This document shows positions 9,046-18,137 of a stretch of DNA of 39,373 nucleotides, piece by piece. Source of the DNA: Myxococcota bacterium (GTDB lineage: Bacteria; Myxococcota_A; Polyangia; Polyangiales; Sandaracinaceae); contig JAYZQJ010000053.1 of NCBI GenBank assembly GCA_036149055.1, forward strand, positions 1 through 39,373, read 5' to 3'. Each line of letters begins with the position of its first letter. Position 1 is the first letter of the stretch. The position numbers and the translations under genes were made by a program. The notes under the pieces are model-generated. The model ran no database searches. It was not told the DNA's origin and saw only the letters and a list, made by a program, of their open reading frames with translations.

Positions 9046-9972
9046 ATGACTCACCGGCCCGTCTTCGGGGTGAACCTGCCCTGGCTCTTCGGCTCGTACG
9101 GCCACGATCTCGCGGTCAACGAGCACTACGCCGACTGGGGCCACGCGTGGAGCGACGCGAAGGCGGCCCGCACCCTCGCCGACGCGCGCGCGCTCGGCTT
9201 CGACGCGGTGCGCATCTGGCTCTGCGAGAACGCCGAGGGGATCCGCACCGAAGGCGGACGGATCGTCGGCACGCACCCGGCCCTCCTCGACCACGTGGCC
9301 CGGCTGCAGGAGCGGCTCGCCGCCGAGGGGCTCGTCGCCTACTGGACCCTGCTGGACGGCAACAGCTGGAAGCGGGAGGCCGACGCGCTCACCCACCGGG
9401 TGCTGAGCGACCCGGAGGCGGCCGCGCGCTTCGCCGAGCGGGTCGCGGCGCCGATCGCCGAGGCCCTCGACCCGGCGCTGACCTTCGGCCTCGAGCTGCT
9501 CAACGAGCCCGAGGTGATGACCCACGAGTGCACCGAGGCCCCCTTCGTCGCCTGGGAGACCCTCGCCGAGACGCTCGGCGTGATCGGCGACGCGGTGAGA
9601 GGGCGGCACCGGGTCAGCGCTGGCACCATGCACGTCTTCTTGCCGAGTCTCTGGGGCGCCGGGCCCCGGCTCGACGCGATCGACGTGCACCTCTATCACC
9701 CGCAGGGCGGCCTCCCTCCGCGCTCGCACCTGGCGCGCTACTGCGAGGACGCGGCGGTGGCCGACGCCTTCCTGATCGGGGGCGAGTGCGGCCTGCCGGA
9801 CGAGGTCGGCGGCGAGGCGCTGCTGAGCTATCTGCAGAACGCGGTGACCGAGCGCTACGACGCGGTGTTCCTCTGGCGGCTCGAGCGGGTGCTCGTCACC
9901 CAGGACGAGGCGCGGGCGCCGACGGAGACCGGCGCGCAGGTCGCGCGGGCCCTCGCTCGGCTGAGGGGCTGA
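9046..9972 (+). CDS. Glycoside hydrolase, clan GH-A (GH5/cellulase-like TIM barrel)
   Basis: GVNLPW, GFDAVRIW, acid/base LLNEPE, DVHLY, nucleophile IGGECG; no signal peptide. Confidence 0.8.
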   Translation: MTHRPVFGVNLPWLFGSYGHDLAVNEHYADWGHAWSDAKAARTLADARALGFDAVRIWLCENAEGIRTEGGRIVGTHPALLDHVARLQERLAAEGLVAYWTLLDGNSWKREADALTHRVLSDPEAAARFAERVAAPIAEALDPALTFGLELLNEPEVMTHECTEAPFVAWETLAETLGVIGDAVRGRHRVSAGTMHVFLPSLWGAGPRLDAIDVHLYHPQGGLPPRSHLARYCEDAAVADAFLIGGECGLPDEVGGEALLSYLQNAVTERYDAVFLWRLERVLVTQDEARAPTETGAQVARALARLRG

Positions 9973-11525
9973 TGGCGATCCGGCTGCCCCGGTTCCTGGC
10001 GCCGCGCGAGCGGCCGACGCGCGAGGCCGGCGACGGGCGCCTGCGCTCGTGGGAGTGGCCGCTCGCCGCCCTGGTGGCGCTGCTGGCGGTGCTCTGGCTC
10101 GGCCGCGCGCCGCTCGACACGCCTTACTGGTGGGACGCGGCCGCGGTCTACGTGCCGGGAAGTCAGTGGGTCCGGGACCACGCCTTCGCCGCGTTCCCGG
10201 GGGTGTTCCCCAGCCTGCTCGCGCGCGGGCACACCACGCTCTTCTACGTGATCACCGCGGGGGCGTTCTCGCTCTTCGGCGACGCGCCGGCGGTCGGGCA
10301 CGCGGTGGTGCTGCTCTTCTCGGTGATGACGCTCGTCTACACCTACGCGCTCGGCACGCTCCTCTTCGGCCGGCTCGCCGGGGCGGCGGGCGCGCTCCTC
10401 GCCGCGGTGGCGCCGCTCTACCTCACGATCTCGTCGATGGTGCTGCCGGAGATCCCGCTCACCGCGCTGACCATGGCCTGCCTCTACGAGTGGGCGCGGG
10501 GACGGCACGTGAGCGCGGCGGTCTTCGGCGTCCTGGTGGTGCTCACCAAGGAGACGGGGCTCGCCTGCGCCTGCGCGGTGCTGGGGGCGACGGCGCTCTG
10601 GTCCTGGCGCGACCGGCGCGTGCGCGGGCGGGCCCTCGCGCTCGGCGGGCTCGCGCCGATGGTCGCGCTGGGGGCGTTCTTCGTCTGGCAGCGCGTGGCC
10701 GAGGGCTGGTGGGTGCTGCCCTTTCACGCGGAGCTCTTCGGGCAGGAGCACGACTATCTCTGGTCGGGCGTGAGCACCTTCCACTCGATGGCGCTGGCGG
10801 ACGGGCGCGCGATCGCCGTCTTCGCCGCGCTGCTGGTGGGCGGGCTGCGCCTCTACCGCGACCGGGAGACCTTCGGCCCGTTCACGCCGGGCCCGGGCGC
10901 GCCGCCGCGCTGGGCGATCGCGAGCGCCCTCGCCCTCGTCTTCCTCGCCAACCAGGTCTTCTTCACCAAGATGTGGTTCCTCGAGCGCTACGCGCTCCCC
11001 GCCCACCCGTGCCTGACGATCCTGCTCGCCGGGGCGCTGCTCCCGCGGGTCTGGGAGGAGGCGAAGGCCTACGCCGCGGTCGGGCTGGTCGCGGTCGCGG
11101 CCACCGCGGCGGTCGCGATCGATCGGGCCGAGGCGGGCGAGGGCTACGCGAGCGGCGAGACGACCTTCCGCTACCTCCACATGGTCGAGGCGCACCGCGA
11201 GATCTTCCGCGACCTCGAGGCCCGCGCCGAGCCGCCGCTGATCCTCTCGACCTGGCCGATCAGCTCCGAGCTCCGGGACCCGACGCTCGGCTGGGTCGAG
11301 CGCCCCTACGAGGTCGTCGGCATCACCGGCTACCTCGACGGCACCGACGAGGTCCGGGGCGACCGACCGATCGAGGCCATCGTCAGCGCCCACGGCATCG
11401 GCGACCACGAGGACCTGATGCGCGTGGCCGAGGAGCTCGGGATGCGCCGGACTCGCCGCGCGGTGGTGCGGGGCGCGGTGGTCGACCTCTACGAGCTCAG
11501 CGGAGCATCTCCGGCTCGTCGCTGA
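9972..11525 (+). CDS. GT-C membrane glycosyltransferase (GT39/ArnT/PMT-like)
   Basis: TGATG coupling to the GH gene; WDAAAVY after TM1, GHTTLFY, LPEIP, LTKETG, ERYALP; multiple TM helices plus a C-terminal periplasmic domain. Confidence 0.8.
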   Translation: MAIRLPRFLAPRERPTREAGDGRLRSWEWPLAALVALLAVLWLGRAPLDTPYWWDAAAVYVPGSQWVRDHAFAAFPGVFPSLLARGHTTLFYVITAGAFSLFGDAPAVGHAVVLLFSVMTLVYTYALGTLLFGRLAGAAGALLAAVAPLYLTISSMVLPEIPLTALTMACLYEWARGRHVSAAVFGVLVVLTKETGLACACAVLGATALWSWRDRRVRGRALALGGLAPMVALGAFFVWQRVAEGWWVLPFHAELFGQEHDYLWSGVSTFHSMALADGRAIAVFAALLVGGLRLYRDRETFGPFTPGPGAPPRWAIASALALVFLANQVFFTKMWFLERYALPAHPCLTILLAGALLPRVWEEAKAYAAVGLVAVAATAAVAIDRAEAGEGYASGETTFRYLHMVEAHREIFRDLEARAEPPLILSTWPISSELRDPTLGWVERPYEVVGITGYLDGTDEVRGDRPIEAIVSAHGIGDHEDLMRVAEELGMRRTRRAVVRGAVVDLYELSGASPARR

Positions 11526-12174
11526 GGAGCAGCGGGCCGTCCTCGGGCGCGTCCATCACGAGCCGCTGCGGCACGTTCGCGTCGCGGTAGCCGGCGCCCG
11601 CGCTCGCCGACTCGTCCGGGTCGCGCTCCCAGCGGCCCACGCCCACGACCGCGACGCGCTCGCCCGGCTCCACGACGCCCTCGCGGTAGCGCATCCCCTT
11701 GTTGAAGACGAGGCCCTGGCTGGTGTGCCCCCGCTCCGAGAGGAAGGCCTCGAGCTCCGGCGAGGCGTCGTTCAGGAACCCGGAGGAGAACTTGCCGTCC
11801 TTCTCGAGCACGCACTGCACGTAGGACGTCTTCACCAGGACCCGGTCGTCCCCGCTCTCGAGGAGGAAGTCGACGCCGTCGTGCTCGTCGATGATCGTGA
11901 CCCAGTGCCGGTTCTTGCCTCCACCGCGCTGCTCCTCGACGACGATCCGCCAGTAGGCGCAGGCGCGACCGCTGAGCGGCGCGCGCACGGTCTGCTCGGG
12001 ACGCGCGTGCCCGACGACGCGCGCGACCTGCCCGTTCTCGACCCGCGCGGCGGGCAGCTTGGGCACGGCCTTCATCGCCCGACGCGCCTTCTGGTCCGAG
12101 GAGAAGTACCAGCGGTAGAGGGCGAAGCCGCCGGCGCCGACGGCGAAGAGCGCGATGATCGTCAGCTTCACCAT
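11497..12174 (-). CDS. GIDE (MULAN-type) domain membrane-anchored protein
   Basis: N-terminal TM; APLSGRACAYW, W..I, F.L.....V.V and RYREGVVEPGERVAVVG motifs. Confidence 0.65.
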   Translation of the reverse strand: MVKLTIIALFAVGAGGFALYRWYFSSDQKARRAMKAVPKLPAARVENGQVARVVGHARPEQTVRAPLSGRACAYWRIVVEEQRGGGKNRHWVTIIDEHDGVDFLLESGDDRVLVKTSYVQCVLEKDGKFSSGFLNDASPELEAFLSERGHTSQGLVFNKGMRYREGVVEPGERVAVVGVGRWERDPDESASAGAGYRDANVPQRLVMDAPEDGPLLLSDEPEMLR

Positions 12175-12190
12175 CTCGCGAGCATACCGC

Positions 12191-12991
12191 TCACGGCGCG
12201 GCGGCGGGGGAGAGCCGGGTCTCGGTCGGCAGCCCCAGCCAGCGCTTCACCTCGGCGCGGAACGCCTCGTAGTAGCTGAGCCGATAGTGGAAGGGGTAGC
12301 GCCCGTAGGGGTGCTCGGGGTCGGCGGCCTGGGCCTTCGCCTCGCCCTGCAGCGTCGTCAGGCGCGGGACCTGCGCCTCGAGGTCGCGCGCGAGCCGCTC
12401 GCAGAAGCGGTAGTAGAAGTCGACCTGGTCGTTCAGCACGTCGACCTTGAAGCGCACGCCGTCGTTGCGGCAGGCGGGCGCGACGTGGAACGCGATCTCG
12501 AGCTCGGGCTTGATGGCGCGCAGGCGCGAGAGGAACTCCACCGCCGCGTCGCGGAACGGCGCGTAGTCGAGCTCCCAGAGGAAGCGGGCCTCGTGCTCGA
12601 GCTCGAGCGCGAAGTACTTCTCGACCTCCCAGCTCGAGAGGAAGGTGCGCCCGTCGGCCGCGTCGAGCTGCCGGAAGATGAAGCTGGTGACGACGTCGAA
12701 CACGAGCACCTGGTTGACGCGCGCCCCGCGCTCGAGCTTCGGGCCGTGGGTCTTGTCGAGCTCACCCTTGGCCATCGCGAAGCCCCAGGCGTTGGTGTCG
12801 TCGACCTCGCGGAGGCGCCGCTCGTCCTCGCGCAGCGCGCCGGTCACCAGGCTCGGGAAGCCGGTGCGCCCGACGTAGTCGAAGATGCGCACCCCCTCGT
12901 CGACGAAGGTGGGCCAGCCCGCGGCGCGGAAGCTGTCCGCGGTCCCGCACGAGCCGAGCACGGTGAGGTAGTGATGCGGCCGATCGGTCAT
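12191..12991 (-). CDS. DUF6270-like protein, possibly SGNH-fold acyltransferase/esterase
   Basis: ATGA overlap with the upstream gene; LGSCGTADSF at the N-terminus, YVGRTGFPSL, and C-terminal ADPEHPYGRYPFHY..SYY resemble DUF6270 as I recall it. Confidence 0.6.
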   Translation of the reverse strand: MTDRPHHYLTVLGSCGTADSFRAAGWPTFVDEGVRIFDYVGRTGFPSLVTGALREDERRLREVDDTNAWGFAMAKGELDKTHGPKLERGARVNQVLVFDVVTSFIFRQLDAADGRTFLSSWEVEKYFALELEHEARFLWELDYAPFRDAAVEFLSRLRAIKPELEIAFHVAPACRNDGVRFKVDVLNDQVDFYYRFCERLARDLEAQVPRLTTLQGEAKAQAADPEHPYGRYPFHYRLSYYEAFRAEVKRWLGLPTETRLSPAAAP

Positions 12992-14352
12992 GACGAGGCG
13001 AGCGCCTGGAGCGCGACCTTGCCGGTCTCGGTGCGCGGCAGGGCGTCCAGCCGGTGGAGCTCGGCGGGGATCATGTACGGGGGCAGCACGCCGGCGCAAT
13101 GGGCCCGGAGCGCGCGCGGCTCGGCGTCGCCCGCGTAGAACGCCTCGAGGTGCTCGCCGCGCGCCACCACCGCGCACTCGACGACGCCCGGGTGACGCGC
13201 CAGCGCGTGCTCGACCTCGCCCAGCTCCACCCGGTGCCCGCGCACCTTCACCATGCGATCGCGGCGACCGTGGAAGCGCAGCACGCCGTCGTGCTCGGAG
13301 ACGAGGTCGCCCGTCGCGTGGCGGCGCGGCGGCGGCGCGAGGGGGGCGCCCCAGTAGCCGGGGGTGACGGCCTCGCCCTCGACGATCAGCTCGCCGTCCT
13401 CGAGGGTGTGCTCCAGATGCGGCAGCACTCTCCCGATCGGGATGGGCGGCGCGTCGGCGGTGAGCGCCTCGACCCGGTGGGCGGCGCAGACGTTGGTCTC
13501 GGTCGGGCCGTACCAGTTCTCGAAGCGCGCCCCCGGGCACGCCTCCATCAGCGCCGCGAGCGCGGGGACGGGGAAGACCTCGCCCGCGAAGACGATGGCG
13601 CGCAGCGACGAGAGCGCCGCGCCCTGCTCGAGGAGCCGCTGCCAGAGCGTCGGCACCGCGTACATCACCGTCGGCCGGGTCTCGGCGATCCAGGCGGCGA
13701 GGGTGGCCGGGAAGAGCAGCGCCTCCCGGGGCGGGTGCAGCACCCGGGCGCCGGCCATCGGCGCGGCGAAGAGATCGAAGGTCGCCAGATCGAAGGTCAT
13801 CGGCGCGACCGCCGCGATCCGGTCGGCGGGGCTGAGCGCGAGGCGCGCGGCGGCCCACCGCGGGAAGGCGAGGGCGCCGCGGTGATCCCAGGTCACGCCC
13901 TTGGGCGCCCCGGTGCTGCCGGACGTGTAGAGGATGAAGGCGAGCCCGTCGGGCGTGGCCCGGTCGACGAGCGGCGCCTCCCCTCTGGCGACCTGCTGCC
14001 GGCGCGGCGCCTCGATCCGGCCGGCGAGCCGGGCGTGGGCCTCGTCGTGGAGGAGCAGCGCGGCGCCGCAGTCGGCGAGCGCGGCGCTCGAGCGGGCGGG
14101 CGGCGCGCTGGCGGAGAGCGGGACCGCGACCGCGCCGGCGGCGAGGATGGCGTGGAAGGCGGCGCTCCCTTCGCCGTCCCGCGCGGCGAGCAGGCCCACG
14201 CGCTCGCCGGGCGCCACGTCGAGCGAGGCCGCGATGCCGCCGACCCGCGCCGCGAGCCCCGCATGATCGAGCACGGCATGATCGGCCTCGATGGCCGCCT
14301 CCTCGCCGAAGCGGGCGGCGGCGTCCGTCAAGGAGGCGGTCAGCGTCGACAC
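12988..14352 (-). CDS. Stand-alone amino-acid adenylation enzyme (PltF/RedM/CloN4- or DltA-like)
   Basis: A3 LYTSGSTGAPKG, A4 FDLATFD, A5 NWYGPTETNVC, A7 TGD, A8 GRRDRMVKVRGHRVELGEVE, A10 LPRTETGKV; GTG start 2 nt after the ACAD stop. Confidence 0.9.
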   Translation of the reverse strand: MSTLTASLTDAAARFGEEAAIEADHAVLDHAGLAARVGGIAASLDVAPGERVGLLAARDGEGSAAFHAILAAGAVAVPLSASAPPARSSAALADCGAALLLHDEAHARLAGRIEAPRRQQVARGEAPLVDRATPDGLAFILYTSGSTGAPKGVTWDHRGALAFPRWAAARLALSPADRIAAVAPMTFDLATFDLFAAPMAGARVLHPPREALLFPATLAAWIAETRPTVMYAVPTLWQRLLEQGAALSSLRAIVFAGEVFPVPALAALMEACPGARFENWYGPTETNVCAAHRVEALTADAPPIPIGRVLPHLEHTLEDGELIVEGEAVTPGYWGAPLAPPPRRHATGDLVSEHDGVLRFHGRRDRMVKVRGHRVELGEVEHALARHPGVVECAVVARGEHLEAFYAGDAEPRALRAHCAGVLPPYMIPAELHRLDALPRTETGKVALQALASS

Positions 14353-14354
14353 GC

Positions 14355-15422
14355 TCAGAGCCCCAGGTGGGCCGCGAGGATCACCCGCTGCATGTCGCTC
14401 GTGCCGCTGTAGAGCACCCCGCCGACCGCGTCGCGGAGATGCGAAGGGAGGCCGGTCTCCTCGAGGTAGCCGGTGCCGCCGTGCAGGCGGATCGCGTCGA
14501 GGTGCTGCTCGAGCGCCCACTCGCTGAGCCGGAGCTTGGTCAGGCACGCGAGCGGCGCGTCGATCGCGCCGTCGGCGAGCGCGGTCGCGGCTCGCTCGAG
14601 CAGCATGCGGGCGAGCACGTAGCGCTCGTACATCTCGACCACCCGGGCGGCGACGAGCTGGTTCTTGCCGATCGGCCGGCCGAACTGCCGCCGGGTGCGC
14701 GCGTGCTTCAGCGCCCGCTCGAGCTGAGCGCGCATCACGCCGACCGCGGGCCCGAGGATGAGGGCCCGCTCGTGCAGCATCGCGGTGTGGAAGACCTTCG
14801 CGCCGCCGCCGGGCTCGCCCAGGATCGCGCTCGCCTCCACGCGGCAGCCCTCGAGGTAGAGGCTGGTGAGGCTCGCACGCGCGAGGCCCATCTTCTCCAT
14901 CGGCGCGCCCACCGTGAGGCCCTCGGCGCCTCGCTCCACCACGAAGCCGGTGACGCCCTCCGGCGCGCGCGCGAAGACCACGAAGACGTCGGCGTCGGCC
15001 CCGTTGGTGACCCAGAGCTTGCTGCCGCTCAGCCGGTAGCCGCCCGCCTCCGGGGTCGCGGTGGCCGCCATGGCCATCGTGTCCGAGCCGGCCTCGGCCT
15101 CGCTCGCCGCGTGGGCGCCGAGCCGCGCCCCGCGCCGCAGGGGCTCGAGGAGGCGCGCCCGGAGCGCGTCGGTGGCGTGGGCCGCGATCGGCGCGACGAC
15201 CGCGAGCGCGTGGGCGCCGAGGGCGAAGCAGAGGCCCGCGTCCGCCGTCTCGCCGAGGCCCTCCCACGCCTGCGCGAGCTCCGGCCCGCTCAGCTCGGCG
15301 GGATCGAAGAGCCCGAACGCGCCGACCTCGCGCGCCGCGTCCCGGAGTGAGCGATCCGCGAGCGTCGCGCCGAGCTTGGCCGCCTCGCGTTGCACCGGGC
15401 CGCGCTCGGGGAGCGCCCGCAT
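14355..15422 (-). CDS. Acyl-CoA dehydrogenase family, L-prolyl-[PCP] dehydrogenase-like
   Basis: SEAEAGSD, GSKLWVTNG, KMGL, RRQFGRPI, HGGTGY, YSGTSDMQR; EGLG....GLCFALGAH..AVVAPI resembles PltE/RedW/CloN3. Confidence 0.88.
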   Translation of the reverse strand: MRALPERGPVQREAAKLGATLADRSLRDAAREVGAFGLFDPAELSGPELAQAWEGLGETADAGLCFALGAHALAVVAPIAAHATDALRARLLEPLRRGARLGAHAASEAEAGSDTMAMAATATPEAGGYRLSGSKLWVTNGADADVFVVFARAPEGVTGFVVERGAEGLTVGAPMEKMGLARASLTSLYLEGCRVEASAILGEPGGGAKVFHTAMLHERALILGPAVGVMRAQLERALKHARTRRQFGRPIGKNQLVAARVVEMYERYVLARMLLERAATALADGAIDAPLACLTKLRLSEWALEQHLDAIRLHGGTGYLEETGLPSHLRDAVGGVLYSGTSDMQRVILAAHLGL

Positions 15423-16897
15423 CAGCCCTTCAGCCTCGCGCGGTCGGGGCTCGCGAGGAGATCGTCGATGCCCCCGGTCCCCTCGTCGAAGAGGAAGGCC
15501 GCGCGGTAGCCGTGCTCGCGCGCCTCGGCGAGCGCGGCCACCGCCGCGTCGACGTCGGCGGCGGGGCGGGTGGCGAGGATGGTGTCGCGCACGAGCGACA
15601 CGTGGCGCGCCGGCCGGAGCGCCTCGGAGCCGTGCGCCGCGTAGACGTCGAGCCCGATCCCGTCGCAGCGGCCGTCCTCGATCGGCCCGAGGCCCTGGAC
15701 CGACGCGGTCACCGGCACCTCGGCGCGGTGGCTGTGCGCCGCGCGGGCCGCCTCGGTGAGCTGGGCGTGGGCCGAGCTCCACGTGACGCCCTCGCCGATC
15801 TCGCCGTCCCAGCCGGAGGCGAGGTCGACCAGCCACGCGCCGGCCGGCGCCTCGAAGCGCTGCACGTCGTCGACGATCCAGCACGCCGCGAGCCCGCGCT
15901 CGTCGATCGCCGCCTGCGCCGCCTGCGCGTTGCCCGCGCCGAGCCGGAGGCGCACCGCGTCGAGCCCCAGCTCCTTGGCGCCGTCGAGCCGGCGTCGGAG
16001 CTTGTCGAGGTCGCCGTCGAAGGAGAGGTTCACGCCGCGCCGGAAGCCGTCGCCGAGGCGCGCGCGCCGCAGCGCGATGGCCTCGGCCGACTCCGGGCCG
16101 TCCGCGGGCGGCTTGCGCAGGGTCACGGCCATCGCCGCGAAGGTGTGGAGCTTGAACGCGCTCATCCGGTGATGGAGCGTGTCCCAGTCGTCCGAGGTGT
16201 AGAGCGTGGTGCCCTCGATCTCGAGCCCGCTCGGCGCGATCGCGTTGCGCTGAAGAGCGAGACGATCGTAGACGACGTCGTCCTCGCTCCGGCGCTCGAC
16301 CTCGTCGTAGTCGACGGTCAGGTAGAGCACGCCGCCCGGCTTGAGCACCCGGTTCATCTCGCGCGCCACGCCGGGCTGGGCCTCGGGATCGATGTGCTCG
16401 AGGACCGAGATGCAGTAGACGCGGTCGAAGGTGGCGTCGGGGAAGCGCAGGCTCGTCATGTCCATCTCGACCGGCACGACCGCGGCGCGGTGAAAGGACG
16501 CGGCCTGCTGCAGCATGGTCAGCCAGCGGAGGTCGTTGTCGATCGCGACCACCGTCGCGCCGAGCTCGGCGAGGGTGATGGGCAGGGCCGAGACCCCGCA
16601 GCCGGCGTCGAGCACCAGCTCGCCTTCGGGCGCGTCGTGGCGGGTGAGCGCCCAGGGGTACTCCCAGACCTTCGACGGGTAGACGAAGGAGAGCTGCTGG
16701 CCCGCCTCCTCCTTCTCCCGCGCGATCTGGGCGGCGATGCGGCGGTTGGCGCCCGCCATCGGCTCGCGGCGGATGTCGTCCGGCTCCAGGATCCGGTTGT
16801 CGGCCTGCTCGGGCCTGGGCTCGTCGCCGGTCGGGTGCACCACCGGCGGCTCGAGCGGGACCGGGCGGTCGGGCTTCTCGAATTCCTCGTCGCTCAC
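15422..16897 (-). CDS. Class I SAM-dependent methyltransferase fused to a degenerate GH5-like C-terminal domain
   Basis: WEYPW, VLDAGCG, FPDATFD.V.CISVLEHI, RVLKPGG; C-terminal GVNL...GLDAVRL...DVY...GYRAAFLF; GTGA overlap with the ACP gene. Confidence 0.8.
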   Translation of the reverse strand: MSDEEFEKPDRPVPLEPPVVHPTGDEPRPEQADNRILEPDDIRREPMAGANRRIAAQIAREKEEAGQQLSFVYPSKVWEYPWALTRHDAPEGELVLDAGCGVSALPITLAELGATVVAIDNDLRWLTMLQQAASFHRAAVVPVEMDMTSLRFPDATFDRVYCISVLEHIDPEAQPGVAREMNRVLKPGGVLYLTVDYDEVERRSEDDVVYDRLALQRNAIAPSGLEIEGTTLYTSDDWDTLHHRMSAFKLHTFAAMAVTLRKPPADGPESAEAIALRRARLGDGFRRGVNLSFDGDLDKLRRRLDGAKELGLDAVRLRLGAGNAQAAQAAIDERGLAACWIVDDVQRFEAPAGAWLVDLASGWDGEIGEGVTWSSAHAQLTEAARAAHSHRAEVPVTASVQGLGPIEDGRCDGIGLDVYAAHGSEALRPARHVSLVRDTILATRPAADVDAAVAALAEAREHGYRAAFLFDEGTGGIDDLLASPDRARLKG

Positions 16898-17127
16898 GCG
16901 CTCTTCTTTCGCTGCACGAACGCGCGGATGGCGGTGAGCGTGCGGAAGTTGCCCGGCACGATCTCGTCCTGCGCGACGGTGATGCCCTCCGCGTCCTCGA
17001 GGTTCGCGACCAGGCGGATGATGGCGAGCGAGTCGAGCATCCCGGGCGCCAGCAGGTCGTCGTCGTCGGTGACGTCCTCGGCGCCGGGCAGCTCGTCCCG
17101 GAGGAACTGACGTATCGCGTCGCTCAC
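16894..17127 (-). CDS. Acyl/peptidyl carrier protein (DltC/PltL-like, 77 aa)
   Basis: LLAPGMLDSLAIIRLV phosphopantetheine Ser motif; EIVPGNFRTL; GTGA overlaps at both ends. Confidence 0.9.
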   Translation of the reverse strand: MSDAIRQFLRDELPGAEDVTDDDDLLAPGMLDSLAIIRLVANLEDAEGITVAQDEIVPGNFRTLTAIRAFVQRKKSA

Positions 17128-18137
17128 GGCGCGGGATGGTAGCGCATGCCGGCCGCGGGGGAGACGGCGCGTTTCCGCCGGTCCCAGACCATGTGCAGCA
17201 TCGCGCCGGTCGCCCACCCCCAGAGCCCCATCACGAAGAGCCCGAAGATGGTCAGCTCGCCCCACCACGGGATCGCCCAGACCTGCAGGAACACGCCGAG
17301 CGCCGCCGACGGAACCGTCCACCGCGAGGCGCGCAGGAAGTAGCCGAGCAGGATCCGGAACTGGGCCCGCGAGAAGAGGCACGGGTAGTAGGCGCTGACG
17401 ATCATCGGGTAGTCCGAGACGTTCATCGTCGAGACCATCGGGTAGTGGAACGCGAAGAGCGTCAGCACCGCGGGGATCCGGAGGCGCGGCACCCGCCAGG
17501 CGATCCAGGGCACGCAGCACTCGACGAAGAGCGTGCCGTAGACCGCGCACCACGCCGCCCAGGTCGGCAGCTCGCTCCCGAGGTCGGCGTAGATCCAGAA
17601 CTGCGCCATCGCGTGGACGGCCGGGCTCGACGGCGCGAGCTCGAGGAAGTTCGCGTTGATCTTGTGGAAGCCCGCGAAGAAGTAGTTGACGCAGAGGATC
17701 AGCGCGAGGCCGTTCACCGCGTGTCGGTCGACCGTGCGCGAGCGCGGCCCGCCGCCCCGGAAGCGGTGCGCGCCCATCAGCCACCCCACGATCCAGACCA
17801 CGCCGAGCATGGTCAGGCCGCTGAACATGTGGCTCATGTGGTTCCGGATCCGGAACGGGTAGGTCAGGTAGTGCGCCCAGTAGATCAGGACGATCGTGAA
17901 GAGCCACTGCCGCCGCCGGTCGAGGGCGAGCCCGATCACCGCCGCCGCGAGCATGAAGGCGAGCACCACCGGCACCCACCCGGGCAGGAGCTGATGCCAG
18001 CCCGGCTGGAACGCCTCGCGCGCCCACGCGTGCGCCTCCCACGGCCGGTCCTCGCCGAGCAGCTGCAGGGTGTGTCCCACGAACGCGGGCACCAGCAGGA
18101 TCCCGAACGCCTGCAGGCGGAGGTCCTTGCTGATCAC
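17124..18137 (-). CDS. HTTM / vitamin K-dependent carboxylase-like (SdpB-like) multi-pass membrane protein
   Basis: Several TM helices; RNH, YFFAGFHKIN (compare VKGC YFIAGVKKLD), conserved E in LFVE, and FH motif. Confidence 0.7.
   Translation of the reverse strand: MISKDLRLQAFGILLVPAFVGHTLQLLGEDRPWEAHAWAREAFQPGWHQLLPGWVPVVLAFMLAAAVIGLALDRRRQWLFTIVLIYWAHYLTYPFRIRNHMSHMFSGLTMLGVVWIVGWLMGAHRFRGGGPRSRTVDRHAVNGLALILCVNYFFAGFHKINANFLELAPSSPAVHAMAQFWIYADLGSELPTWAAWCAVYGTLFVECCVPWIAWRVPRLRIPAVLTLFAFHYPMVSTMNVSDYPMIVSAYYPCLFSRAQFRILLGYFLRASRWTVPSAALGVFLQVWAIPWWGELTIFGLFVMGLWGWATGAMLHMVWDRRKRAVSPAAGMRYHPAP

Noticed and set aside
7260..9971. N-terminal ~900 aa of the 1421-aa plus-strand ORF
   Set aside because: It is antisense to the ABC transporter and off-frame to the GH5 gene; only the part from ATG 9972 (GT-C) looks like a real protein
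12988..17127. Canonical dlt (teichoic acid D-alanylation) operon
   Set aside because: No DltB-type MBOAT, an ACAD is present, and the host appears to be diderm; the A/PCP pair fits the prolyl-PCP type better
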